Below are positions 50,908 to 63,240 of a stretch of 64,000 nt of DNA, piece after piece. Position numbers and translations under genes: made by a program. Each line of letters starts with the position of its first letter. The stretch's first letter is position 1. The notes below the pieces were generated by a model that worked only from the letters and a program-made list of their open reading frames with translations, had not been told where the DNA came from and ran no database searches. This DNA comes from Malacoraja senta (taxonomy: Eukaryota). The DNA lies in contig CM075977.1 in assembly GCA_038087875.1 (NCBI GenBank), positions 265,670,001 to 265,734,000 on the forward strand, read 5' to 3'.

Positions 50908-51420
50908 ATAGGAAAGATATTGTCAAGCTTGAAAGGGTTCAGAAAAGATTTACGAGGATGTTGCCAGGACTAGAGGGTGAGAACTATAGGGAGAGGTTGA
51001 GTAGGCTGGGTCTCTATTCCATGGAGCGCAGGAGGATGAGGGGAGATCTTATAGAGGTATACAAAATCATGAGAGGAATAGATTGGGTAGATGTACAGAG
51101 TCTTTTGCCCAGAATAGGGGAATCGAGAACCAGAGCACATAGGTTTAAGGTGAAGGGGAAAAGATTTCATAGGAATCCGAGAGGTAACTTTTTCACACAA
51201 AGGATGGTGGGTGTATGGAACAAGCTGCCAGAGGAGGTAGTTGAGGCTGGGACTATCCCATTGTTTAAGAAACAGTTAGAAAGGGTACATGGATAGGACA
51301 GGTTTGGAGGAATATGGTCCATGCGCAGGCAAGTGAGACTAGTGTAGCTGGGACATTGTTGGCCGGTATGGGCGAATTGGGCCGAAGGGCTTGTTTCCAT
51401 ACTGTATGACTCTATGACTA
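50908..51420 (+). mobile_element. CR1 LINE 3' fragment (second subfamily, CTATGACT tail)
   Basis: LERVQKRFTRMLPGL...RGDLIEVYKIM...WNKLPEEVVEA. Confidence 0.9.
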
Positions 51421-52186
51421 AACAGAGACTCACATTAGTCTTCGCTGAAGGTTGTCAAATTAAATAGTTGAAATTAAATGTATACAAAATGTTAAACATT
51501 TTAAATGTTTTTTCAAATCTAACCCTTGTTTTGCAATTCTGAGGTTTTGTTACGTTATTCTGGGAGCTAGGACATCTGTTTTACCTATGTCTAATGTTGT
51601 TAACAAAACACAGATGTGAGATGATCTTTTTCCCCATAACTGAAGAGTTTGATGGTGCTGTCAGCATTGTTTTCACTCATTCTTTATTTGAGCTGGCAAG
51701 CAGATATAATGAAATAGATTAATAACATGTGGCACATAAACTGAACACTACGGGCTGGGAATTTTATCACGAAGCACAAGCTTTTTATGTGCCGTGCGAT
51801 AGATTTGAAGTGTAAAGTTGATATGAGATACTACTTGCACTCTTTACAAATGCCATATGAAATTGTATCATGGGCATCCTTGCTTGTCCTGCGTTAATGC
51901 ACTGGGCATGCAGCAGTGACAACAGTTAACATGCAGTGAATTTAAACACACATACTTGCCAAAGTAAGTCAGGGATCAACAGAAGGATTCAAGCCAGATC
52001 AATAATAAAGACCTTGCGTGAGCCACTAAAGATAACCATGGAAACTTTTGCCCTTGATGAGATTTCTCCAATATTGCACTTAAAAAATTCTGCATTCCTT
52101 GAGGTGGGTGAAGTTCCAATTATGCTGATGAATTCCCCCGGGTATCTGTCTTAGGTGTCATGGTAACGGATTATTATACGATAGGA

Positions 52187-53262
52187 GGTAGACAAAAATG
52201 CTGGAGAAACTCAGCGGGTGCAGCAGCATCTATGGATTGAAGGAAATAGGCAACGTTTCGGGCCGAAACACTTTATTCAGACTGATGCAGGGGGGGGGGG
52301 GGGGGGGCGGGAAGAAGAAAGGAAGAGGAGGAGCCAGAGGGCTGAGGGAGAGCTGAGAAGGGGAGGAGACAGCAAGGGCTACCGGAAATTGGAGAAATCA
52401 ATGTTCAGGCCACTGGGGTGCAGACTGCCCAAGAGGAATTTGAGGTGCTGCTCCTCCAATTTCCGGTGGTGCTCACTCTGGCAATGGAGGAGGCCCAGGA
52501 CAGAAAGGTCAGATTTGGAATGGGAGGGGGAGTTGAAGTGCTGAGCCACAGGGAGATCAGGTTGGTTAATGCGGAGGTGTTCGGCGAAACGATCGGCAAG
52601 CCTACGCTTGGTCTCACCGATGTAGATCAGCTGACATCTAGAGCAGCGGATGCAATAGATGAGGTTGGAGGAGGTGCAGGTGAACCTCTGTCGCACCTGG
52701 AACGACTGCTTGGGTCCTTGAATGGAGTCGAGGGGGGAGATAAAGCGACACGTGCAGCATCTCTTGCAGTTGCAAGGGAAAGTGCCCGGGGAGGGGGTGG
52801 TGCGGGTGGGAAGGGAAGAATTGACCAGGGGGTTACGGAGGGAGCAGTCTTTGCGGAAAGCAGACAGGGGGGGAGATGGGAAGATGTGGCGAGTGGTGGG
52901 GTCACGTTGGAGGTGGCGAAAATGACGGAGGACTATTTGTTGTATGTGATGGCTAGTGGGGTGGAAGGCGAGGACTAGGGGGACTCTGCCCTTATTCTGA
53001 GTTGGGGGATGGGGAGAGAGAGCAGTGTTGCGGGGTATTGAAGAGCCCCTGGTGAGAGCCTCATCTATGGTAGGGGAGGGGAACCCCCCTTCCCTGAAGA
53101 ATGAGGACATTTCCGATGCCCTGGTGTGGAACACCTCATCCTGGGGGCAGATGCGGCGTAGACGGAGGAATTGGGAGTAGGGGATGGAGTCTTTACAGGA
53201 AGCAGGGTGGGAAGAAGTGTAGTCTAGATAGCCATGGGAGTCAGTGGGTTTATAGTGGATAG
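52187..53262 (-). mobile_element. Penelope-like element 3' fragment, relatively young
   Basis: Uninterrupted 251-aa ORF 52379-53134 with the GIY-YIG motif (LIYCIRCSRCQLIYIGETKRRL). Confidence 0.9.
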
Positions 53263-53502
53263 TCTGTGCCTGCCTGATTCTCCATCCTGCCGCCCTCAGT
53301 GAAAAGTAAGCTGAGACTTAAAGTTTCAGTTTCCAATGAGAACTGCTGCATTAATAGCAAATACTGTAAGACTTCTACTTGCTGTTTTTGCATGAAAATT
53401 ATGTTCAAAAGGGATTCGTGAAGTGCATTTGCATGACCTCTGCTACCCAGAGGGTAGAATATCTAAGTGCAAATGTTTCACAAATATTTGTTGCAGCCTT
53501 AC

Positions 53503-53584
53503 CTTTTTGGATCCATTAATTTGTAGATCTTCCCACTGTGTACTTGCATCACACTTTTACTGCTCGCTACAACATAGATCTCAC
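53503..53584 (-). CDS. HHIP: HHIP exon 11 equivalent: GEIYVVASSKSVMQVHSGKIYKLMDPKR
   Basis: Manual translation resembles recalled human GEVYILSSSKSMTQTHNGKLYKIVDPKR. Acceptor GTGTTTGCAG, donor GTAAGG, 82 bp. Confidence 0.95.
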
Positions 53585-53718
53585 CTGCAAACACAAATTG
53601 GAAAATGCTCAATTATTAGTCCTGCGCAGTCTGATATTATTATCTTTAAATGCATCATTTGTACCACTTTGAAAATATTTCAGTGTTTCTGTTCCCTCAA
53701 AAACTAACTTAATTTTAT

Positions 53719-54446
53719 TTATTTTAATTTTATTAGAAGTATTTTACATTACAGTAATCTGCAATAACGTAAGTTTATACTTTTCTTGTACCACTTCTTA
53801 TTTTAAACTTTAATAGGAAAAGAGGATAGAAAGAGTTAGTAAAGATAGTCAGTGAGTGATTGAAAGAGTGGTCCAGGAACACCCATATGGACCTAAACCA
53901 CAAGAAATAGTTAAAAAAGAAGAAAGAAAAGAAAAAAACCAAAAGGAGGAAAAAGAAAAAAGAAAAAAGAAAGTAAGATTGGACAATATGAAAGGGATGT
54001 ACCTACTTCTTATCTTTACTCACCCCTCGCCAGGTCCTAAAACCATTTATTATCAACATTTTGTTGCACCCTATGTTTGTAATAAGTCGATATATGGAGA
54101 CCAAATCTTTTGGAATTGGTCTTGTTTACCTGCTAGGAGGAATCTCATATCTTCTAGGTGTAACAATTCCGACATATTAGAAGTCCACATTTTTGTTGTT
54201 GGTGTCGGAGCATTTTTCCAAAATTTCAGTGTCAGTTTTTTTGCCGTTATTAAGCCATAATTAAGAAAATTCCTTTGAAATGAAGTCAGCTCCAAACTTG
54301 CTTCTATTGTTCCAAAAATAATCAATTCTGCTTTCGGTTTCAGTTTTATTTTAAATAATTTAGTGAAAATTTCAAAAATTTCATTCCAAAATTTTTGGAT
54401 TTTTATACAAAAAACAAAAGAATGTGCTATAGTTGATTCTTGGATT
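53719..54446 (-). mobile_element. 5'-truncated L1/Tx1-clade 3' fragment with 15-bp TSD
   Basis: ORF2 C-terminus (AKKLTLKFWK...QFQKIWSPY). TSD CTAACTTAATTTTAT at 53704-53718 and 54447-54461. Confidence 0.85.
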
Positions 54447-55364
54447 CTAACTTAATTTTATGTAGACTAAAATGTCAACACTGCTATTACTAACATGAAC
54501 ATTTATTAAAGGGCTAAAAAGCAACCAAATTAAGATCTGTTTTTAAAAGGTTTCATTTGTGATAACAGTATTGAAATAAAGTATATACACCAATGGAAGG
54601 AAAATGGGACAAAAAAGTGTGAACAGCAATATCTGGAAAGTTTTATAAAGAAGAAACAATAAGAAGAAAGCAAAGGTTCTGTAATGTTCTGATAAAGACA
54701 CACTTTGTTAATATATATGATTTAGACCAGAGCCTGAAAATATGTTGTTTTAGGTACATGGGTGAATGTGAAAAAAAATGTACATTACATAAATGCAATT
54801 TGTTAATAAAAAGAAGCTGACATGCCCATAATTATTCAGTGAGGTCATCATGCTAAAGACCAATTCACAGCTGCTTCAAGCGGACTAATCTGTGAAATCA
54901 AAACGCAGTGGCCAATTATTTTCAGCAGATACATATGTGATGATTCACCACATCATAAAACTTGTAAAAACCTGCCAAGCACTGACATGGTCCATTAATT
55001 CTTGATCTCATTCCAGAATAAAATATTCTGCAATATGATCTCACTATACTTTCACAAATTATGTGTAAACTGATGAAGGTTGCAAAATACAACAATCACA
55101 ATGCCTGAAAACAAGTTTGCAATGCATAAAACATGTTGCAAGGATGTTCATGTCACCCATAAAAGTAGGATTCTCTTGTTTGACAGGATTCTGGCACAGC
55201 TTGGCCATGGTGGAAGTTTCCCTTGTTTCAAAGCAACACCCTTATCTGAGATGAATTGATTTTCCATTGATGAAATTGAATCCCCAGCCTCTACATATGG
55301 GCCAGATAGCAGGCATGATGAATGGTTGAAGCAAATCCAAAATTGCAGAGTGTATATCAATAAG

Positions 55365-55588
55365 GACATAAGGAATAGGAGTAGAATTAGGCCATTCAGC
55401 CCATCAAGTCTACGTCATTCAATCATGGCTGATCTATCTCTCCCTCCTAGCCCCATGCTCCTGCCTTCTCTCCATAACCTCTGACACCCGTACTAATCAA
55501 GAATCTATCTATCTCTGCCTTAAACATATCCACTGACTTGGCCTCTACAGCCTTCTGTTGCAAAGAATTCCACAGATTCACCACCCAC
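55365..55588 (-). mobile_element. CR1 3' end
   Basis: VVNLWNSLQQKAVEA remnant. Confidence 0.75.
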
Positions 55589-55917
55589 CTGATTAAAAAA
55601 CCATATGGAATATGTGGCATTTTGGGAGGCAAGTAGTCTTATAAGGCTATATTTTAACAAATACATAATTAGAGGTATCAAAATATTTTGCTGCTGTTAG
55701 CATTTTTTTCTGATTGATGGTTAGATCATAATGTAAAACTCTAAGAATTTCATTTTTGAACTTTGAATTATGGAAACTTTTTTTTCCATTTAATGTGCGC
55801 ACCAAAAAAAGAAATTGCCAAGCAGCAATTCTGTTTATTTGATTAAGTTAATTTCCAGTAAACGAGAACAGATATTTCACAGCATTAATTGTTACAAACA
55901 TTAGGGTCATTCATTAC

Positions 55918-56060
55918 CTGACTCATCTTCTCCAAATCCCAAAACCATTCCTGAGATCTGACCGCTATGTGAGTTTTTGCACGTAGTGCCACTGCCAAGG
56001 CACAAAGCTCGTTCTTGCCACTGTTTGTTCAAAGAACTTTGTTGAAGGCTCATCAGTTGC
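55918..56060 (-). CDS. HHIP: HHIP exon 10 equivalent: QLMSLQQSSLNKQWQERALCLGSGTTCKNSHSGQISGMVLGFGEDES
   Basis: Manual translation (not in the ORF track); KQWQE..LCLG and LGFGEDE motifs. Acceptor CTGATTTCAG, donor GTAATG, 143 bp. Confidence 0.95.
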
Positions 56061-57356
56061 CTGAAATCAGATGTAAAAAATATGGGTCATTACAGATAAA
56101 CTTTTCAAATATTTTGAGTGCAGCCCCCTCAATCTTACATGGACTTCTGAAACGACTCTGAAAATTTTCTAAGATGTCTTTAAACTTTTACTCTTTGGCA
56201 CAAGGAAATTTGAACGATGTTAAATCACTCAACAGCTATAAATTCATATTAGTTAGGAATTAAACTTAATCACAGCAATGTCAAACAGATCATGTTAATA
56301 ACTGCACTAACAAAACGTAAATGATTCCCAATCCAATCCCAAAGAGTCATGTCAACAAATGAGGCACAAATAAGTCTGATTACATTACAACATAGTGCTA
56401 ATTCATCTGTGCAACTGGGTATTAATTTGCACGGGCACCTCTTTCAGCTGTGTTTACACCAATTGTTTCTATACACCAATGTGCACATGAGTTGTCATCC
56501 CTTGAAACTTAAATCATGAATTCCTCTGGTAATTACAAAATGCATTGGAAATCCGTATCTTTAATTGCAAGAATAAACACAATAATTTTAATCAGATGTA
56601 TTTAATTGTATTCTAAATTTCATTGGCGCTCTGCAAATATTAAAGACCATTACAATCATTTTTTGTTTAACTTCCAACTGCATCAATACATGGTTGCAAG
56701 GGCTGCTGAGTGTCATGAAAACTTTGAAGCCGATTTCAATTCCACAGGTGTTCTCACCTACACAGTATTGGGTTGAAGCCATCCAAAAGCCAGATCTTGG
56801 GTGGTAAGTTTTTCTGAACACATTCAGAGCAGTTTTTATGGTTCCTTCGTGTTTATATTGGCAGCATTATATAGTTATGAGATCAATACTACTATTATAC
56901 TGGCACAGAGCTGCAAGTATAAACAAAGACGCCCAGATCCTTTGAATAACTGCTACAACTTGAAGAACACATGCTTGGAAAACGGAATGGTTGTGAAAGC
57001 AAAAAGCATAACATTTCCACCCAAATAATCCAAAAGACGTACAATGGAACATTAAGCAAACATTATTTTATCCAATGGACTCAAACTGAGGAAAAATCTA
57101 AGCCTGGATCAAGTGTAACTACACTCTATAATTGTTACAAACAAGGTTGCAGTTATTGACAGAGAGTTAAATCATTGGCATAATTTACACTTTCTCCACT
57201 TGGCGATAATCCAGTGGTGCTAACTGTTAAAGAACCCCCCTGTGTCCAGCTGCTCTGACCCAGATTACTGACCTTCCTCCCAAATCATGGCTCCTCCCTC
57301 GTATCCCCAATCATTAAACTTCACTTTCTCTTATCTCAATCTTGATCACCAGAACC

Positions 57357-57642
57357 ACTTAGTTTCGTTTAGAGATGCACCGCGGAAACAGGCCCTTTGG
57401 CCGCATCGACCGGCGATCCCCGCACATTGACACTAACCTACACACACTAGGGACAATTTACATTTATATATTTATACCAAGCCAATTAACCTACAAACCT
57501 GTACGTCTTTGGAGTGTGGGAAGAAACCAAAGATCTCAGAGAAAATCCATGCAGGTCACGGGGTGAACGTACAAACTCCGTGCAGACAGCCCCGTAGTCA
57601 GGATCTAACCCGGGTCTCTGGTACTGTAACCACTGTGCAGCC
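57357..57642 (-). mobile_element. HE1-like SINE
   Basis: Same family motifs. Confidence 0.8.
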
Positions 57643-58099
57643 CTAAAGATTCCACTTCCAAAGGTCCTACTATATCAGCTTTTCTAACCTCCTGCCTATT
57701 GTCAGACCCTGGACAGGAAATAGAAAAGCAAAGGATATTCCAGACCTGCATGTTTGTGGCCTTTGGCTTATTGCTTTTCCCTGCTTGGACCATATTGTTT
57801 GCAATTCCATTCATCTACCATCCTTGTTAATGTCCCCTCACAACACATGGCAGGAGAGACAAAAGCTTATGGCAGGCACTGAGCCTGTAGTAGAAAATAT
57901 GGACATCAATTGTGGCAAAAAACACCCTCTTCATTGTTAGATTTACCATGGAGGAATTTTCTGCAGTGAGATGAGATCTTATCTGAGCAGATGACATGAA
58001 CCCTGCAAAGCCTACCTCACAAACATCTGGGGACAAGCAACTACATTGGGAGAACTGTCCCACAGACCAGTCAGCCTGACAAAACCATGCTTACAGAAT

Positions 58100-58495
58100 A
58101 ATGTAGGAAGGAACTGCAGATGCTGGTTTAAAGCAAAGATAGACGCAAAATGCTGGAGTAACTCAGCGGGACTGGCAGCACCTTTGGATAGAACAGTGGT
58201 TCTTAACCTGGGGGTCGGGACCCCCATGGGGGGTTGTTTGGGACTTTACCGGGGGACTTGGTCATAAATATCATATCCATTTGTTGAGCCCATTTTTAGG
58301 AACCTAACAAAGGTACATACCACATACATTATTTTGTTCGTGTATGCGCGTACATATGCCAAAAAGGTTAAGAACCACTGGGATAGAAGGAATGAGTGAC
58401 GTTTTGGGTCTGAAGAAGTCTGAAGAAGGGTCTCGACCTGAAATGTCACCCATTCTTTCTATCCAGAGATGCTGTGTGGCCCGCTGAGTTGCTCA
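58100..58495. repeat. Head-to-head inverted pair of Penelope-like terminal repeats
   Basis: The left arm (interrupted by the hAT MITE) is reverse-complementary to the right arm 58410-58495. Confidence 0.75.
58194..58380. mobile_element. hAT (Charlie-like) MITE, 187 bp, nested in a Penelope-like terminal repeat
   Basis: Perfect 16-bp TIR CAGTGGTTCTTAACCT and perfect 8-bp TSD GGATAGAA (58186-58193, 58381-58388). Confidence 0.92.
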
Positions 58496-59559
58496 CAGAA
58501 TAATATCTGATAATTGTGCCCAACTCCTCAGTCACAATCCTTAGGTACGTCTGTCACGCCAGCAGTGGCAGCGTATTGAGATAGTTAGGAGAGTGTGGTA
58601 TTGAGAGTCTTTTACATTGCTATCGGACCCTACCATGTAACACGGCTACAGGTCAAATATGGGCAACAAAACCTCCTCCAGATTACTTTTTTAATGTTCT
58701 CCATCTGCTACTGAATCAGTGTTCTTTGCCAACACATGGAAAGAGCACTGAAGGTACCAAGTGCAGTACCAAGAACAAAGTACCAACTGAAGGTACCTTT
58801 GCCAGGACCATGGTTCCAGATCTCATCACTAACTTCATTCAGATATGGAACAAAGAATGGGATTGGATAGGTGAGATGAGAGTGACAATTCACCAATGCA
58901 GTGTGGAATTAAGAAGTCCTAGTGAAATAAAAGTGAATGTGCTTCAAGAAGGAAACACTACAGTGATTGCTGTTCTATCAACACCCTGTTATTCATTTCC
59001 CCATTACTGCCTCACAAACTGAGTGCCACCTACAAATACAATACAGTTATTCAGCTACATACGGCAGCACAGTGACGCAGCAGTGGAATTGCTGTCTTAC
59101 AGCGGCAGAGATCCGGTTTCGATCCTGACTACGGGTGATATCTGTACGGAGTTGGTACATTCTCCCTGTGACTGCATGGGTTACAAAATCACTCACTTCA
59201 CAGAGATAGTCAAAATCATAATATGTAGCTCAACATCAAAGAGTGAATAATTGCCACTACATTCCAGAAAGCAGCGTGAAAGCCAGGTGCAAAAAGATAT
59301 GAGAAAGTATTACCAGACCTACAGTAATCTTAAAGAGCTATTTGGCTTATCAATTTTTCTATGGTGAAAAGTAAATAGCTAGGCTGTGAAGGCAGACTTT
59401 AGAGATGCTTAAAAGTATTAATTAGCTTGCTATTTACGTTCCATAAAGTTTGTTAAAAATGTTATGGGACTGGAATTATTTATAGGGCAAATAAATGCCA
59501 CATTACTGAATTGGGTTTTTACGACAAACTGATAATTTCATGATAATTATTATATATAT

Positions 59560-59897
59560 TTTTTTTAATTTATTTTAATTTTTTTATTAGAAGTATTTTA
59601 CATTACAGTAATCTGCAATAACGTAAGTTTATACAGTTCTTATACCACTTCTTATTTTAAACTTTAATATGAAAAATGGATAGAAAGAGTTAGTAAAGAT
59701 AGTCAGTGAGTGAATGAAAGAGTGGTCCAGGAACACCCGTATGAACCTAAACCACAAGAAATAGTAAAAAAAGAAAAGAAAGGCAGAAAAAGAAAAAAGA
59801 AAAAAGAAAGTAAGATTGGACATTATGAGAGGGATGTATCTACTTCTTATCTTTACTCACCCCTCGCCAGGTCCTAAAACCATTTATTATCAACATT
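59560..59897 (-). mobile_element. Second, shorter copy of the same L1/Tx1 3' UTR
   Basis: Near-identical by eye to about 53715-54060. Confidence 0.85.
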
Positions 59898-62748
59898 TAT
59901 TATATTGATGCTAACATTTCCATCAACGCTATTTAGTTAATTAATTTTCTGAATTTAAATTCATCAACTGCTGTAGTGGGATTTTGAATTTATGCACCAG
60001 ATCACTAGTCCAGGCATCCAGATTACCACTTCAATATTACCTTGTGCTAAATTCCATTTATTTAAAACTATTACATTCTCAAACTACAACAGTGGGATTT
60101 GAACTCACATTCTCTGAATTATTCAGGCAGAAAAATGGTCCCCTGATAATTACCCCACAACCTATGATACATTCAGCCAACTGATATAGATATTATGGCA
60201 TGTGAAATTAACACTTCATCCAAGCTCTTAAAAAAACCAGCTGAATATTGGAACAAGCTGTCAGTGGAAGTGGTAAAGACGGGTACAATTACGATACTTA
60301 AAAGATGGGTACACGAATTGGAAGGGTTTAGAGGGATATGGGCAAAGCTCAAGCAAATGAGGCTAGCAACTCTGTCAGCGTGGATATGACTCCAACACAT
60401 TCAACCTTTCTTATCAATGCTGGACAAACGTAGATCTATTTGGGTAACTCCCACTTCACAGCTCCCCTAGGTTACTGCTTTTCAAATAATCATCTGGGCA
60501 TCTTTTCAATATGAAGGTCTTCACCTTTACTAGCCTTTCAGACAATGGGTTTCACACCACTCACAGATATTTGCATGTACATTTTTTAACAACTCAACTC
60601 TAAACTTTGTAACATGAAATTATATCTGCTAGTTATTAATCTCTTGGTCAGGGGAGCTAGGTCCTTCCTGTTCTTTTTCTCCAAGCCTCTTATAAGTTTT
60701 GTAGAGTTCAATTTCAGCTCTTCTGAGATCTCTACATTTTGAAGAAAACTAATTCAGTCTCTGCATCACTGCGTGGGGATCTCGGAGGAACGTTGGCCCC
60801 CAGGGATGCAACATGTAGGCCCACAGGCATGTGGACACGCCCTAGCGAATATCAACCAGCTCTCAGAAATGGGTCAAATAGCACGACATTGTTTTGTGGA
60901 TAAGGTTCAGGAGAACCAAGCACTGGAGCTGGAGTCCGTACAGGTGGTCAGCTGATCCCTCGTGCATTCACCTTCTGGCAACTCCTGCGACCAAGCAGGC
61001 CCCAGATATAGCAGCCATGCTGTCCTCTGGAATCAGTCTATCGGGTCGAGAAGGGAATGCAGATGCTGGGCAAGTCTGTGTTTTCAATTATCTGCCCAGT
61101 CTTGCGGCCAATCAAATGGAGATGATGCTTCATCCTTGCTGATCACAGTGAGGAAAGAAAATCATGGGGGGTTGCAGTTACAGGTCTAAATGGAATGGCA
61201 CAGGGAGTCCGACAGTGGGAAGGATCATCAGGTCCTACTGGTTAGTTATTGCCCGCCTCAACCTGGGCAGCTCCCAGTCAATAAGGTATGTCTGAGGTCC
61301 GGGGGAGGTGGAGAAAGGACCTCCAGTGGGTATGAAGCACCTGGACAGCATGGGGTTCAAGACCCATGCAGGCCAGGCACCAATGCCACAAAATGGTCAA
61401 CAGCAACATGCTCCTCAATCCAACAACCAGAGACAACTTCACCTGTGGATGCTGTGGGAGGGTCAGCCTGGCAAAGATAGACCTAGTCAGCCACAGCAGG
61501 AAATGCAACCACAGATGAAACATTTCCCGCTCCGAGCAGGACAACATCAAAGCCACCATCATCTCTCGCAGTTGGACAGATGGCAACTACAACAAGATTA
61601 CTATGGTTAAAATTGGTTAAAATTTGGTTAAGATAGCTTGATAAATAGTAATTATGGCAAAGTTTACCATGAATAATTTGTTAACTTCATACAACTAAAC
61701 ATTACCTTTTCAATAGCTGAAAATTAACAAAATGCACTTGCTGGAAAATTGAAATTGTAGCAGAAAATGCTGTAAAGACACAGGCAAAAAGACACGTTAT
61801 TGGCAAAGGTAACTCCTCATCCTCCTGGACTCCAAGGAATAAGCTAGCCTACCTTATCTCTCCCTATAGCTTAGGCCCTCAAGTTCTGGCAACATCCTCA
61901 AAAATCTTCTCTGCATCTTTCTTGACAGATTTACGGCCTGTCACAATGGTGCTTTCCTAAGCTAAGCCATGCCCCTTGATTCCACTAATGACCAAATATC
62001 TTAATGTGTCTTGAAAATACTCAGTTACTAAGCCTTGGGAAGAGAGTTCCAAAGATCCATTACCCTCTAATTGAACAATTATTTTTAATACATAAATGCT
62101 TTTGTGATCTTCTAATTATAAAGAGAATCAAGGGACATGGTAGTGGTGCGGGGAACTGGTGTCGAGGGAAATGTTCAGTCATGGTCTTATTGAGCAAAAG
62201 AGCAATCATGAGGGTCCAAAAGACCTACTACTGCATTGATTCCTTATGTTCTTAGTTTGAAATAGTGACACTGGTTCTAAACATCTCAGGCAGGGAAAAT
62301 AGTCCATTTTATGTTCCCCCTGTTAAGTGGGTGATAGAATTTGGCGGAGATGATGGGAATATGAGGAAAATAAAGTGGGATCAGTGTAGAATTAATGTAA
62401 ATAGGTTCTTGGTAGTAAGTGCGATGTAGTAGCTTCCTATATCAACTTGCTTTGGACATCAGGTAATAGTTTTGCTTCAACTACTGTATCAATTTCTTTA
62501 ATCTTGGAAAACAGTTCCATCAGATCATTGTACAAATGAGAGCACAAGCCGAGTCAGTGTAGTCTATTCTCATAGTTTAATTATTTTAGCCCTGGTATAA
62601 TTCAGATGAACATACTTTTCTTTACCCAATGAACCTAGAAGATTTTTCATCACTGAAGTGATTTTTATTTGCTTGCAGCATTTAGTTCAGTGGCAAACAA
62701 ATACCAGATAACTGTGTGGATGACTTAATAGAAAATTATTAGACATAC

Positions 62749-62872
62749 CCATTTCGATCTCCGAAAATGTAGTTTCCAAATAGTCTTCTCGACTGGCATC
62801 CTCTGTAGATGAAGCCGCCCACTAAAGGGCTGTGGCTAGACGACTTGAATTCAACTGCTGGAGGCTCTATTT
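62749..62872 (-). CDS. HHIP: HHIP exon 9 equivalent: EIEPPAVEFKSSSHSPLVGGFIYRGCQSRRLFGNYIFGDRNG
   Basis: Hallmark LVGGFxYRGCQSxRLxGxYxFGDRNG motif. Acceptor TCTTCCAG, donor GTATGT, 124 bp, in phase with both neighbours. Confidence 0.97.
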
Positions 62873-63118
62873 CTGGAAGACAAAAACTAGCATTTAAAAT
62901 GACAAGAAATGTTAGCCAAATGATACATATCAGAAATACAATTGCTTTTCCTGGATTCTCCATGTAATGTTTGAGGGTAGAATCATTTTTTAATGTACTG
63001 TTTGTAATTTTAACAATAACAAAGAAGTTATAATCTTTTTTAACATTTCCAGTACATCAATGTCAAATTTACGAGCAGCTGTTCAAAAATATAATTATGC
63101 TTTGAGATTTGCAATTAC

Positions 63119-63240
63119 CATAATCTTTTCCCCTTGTTATCTTGATTATTCTTCCTGATGACTTATTCCAAGTATTTGACTCTGAACAAAGTATGGTCAG
63201 ATTGCCAGTGGAGTCCCTAAGATGGTGATCCACTGCGCAC
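63119..63240 (-). CDS. HHIP: HHIP exon equivalent to human exon 8 (beta-propeller): CAVDHHLRDSTGNLTILCSESNTWNKSSGRIIKITRGKDY
   Basis: Translation resembles recalled human CAVDRHPTDININLTILCSDSNGKNRSSARILQIIKGKDY. Acceptor TTTTACTTAG, donor GTAATT, 122 bp, phase 2 in and phase 1 out. Confidence 0.95.

Noticed and set aside
58740-58815. Short repeated GTACCAA/CTGAAGGTACC motifs resembling a CRISPR-like array
   Set aside because: Irregular short duplications in a vertebrate intron with no repeat-spacer periodicity.
60770-61610. GC-richer block with a Gln-rich 100-aa ORF (61308-61610)
   Set aside because: No recognisable motif or convincing splice structure; probably a decayed retroelement that I could not classify.
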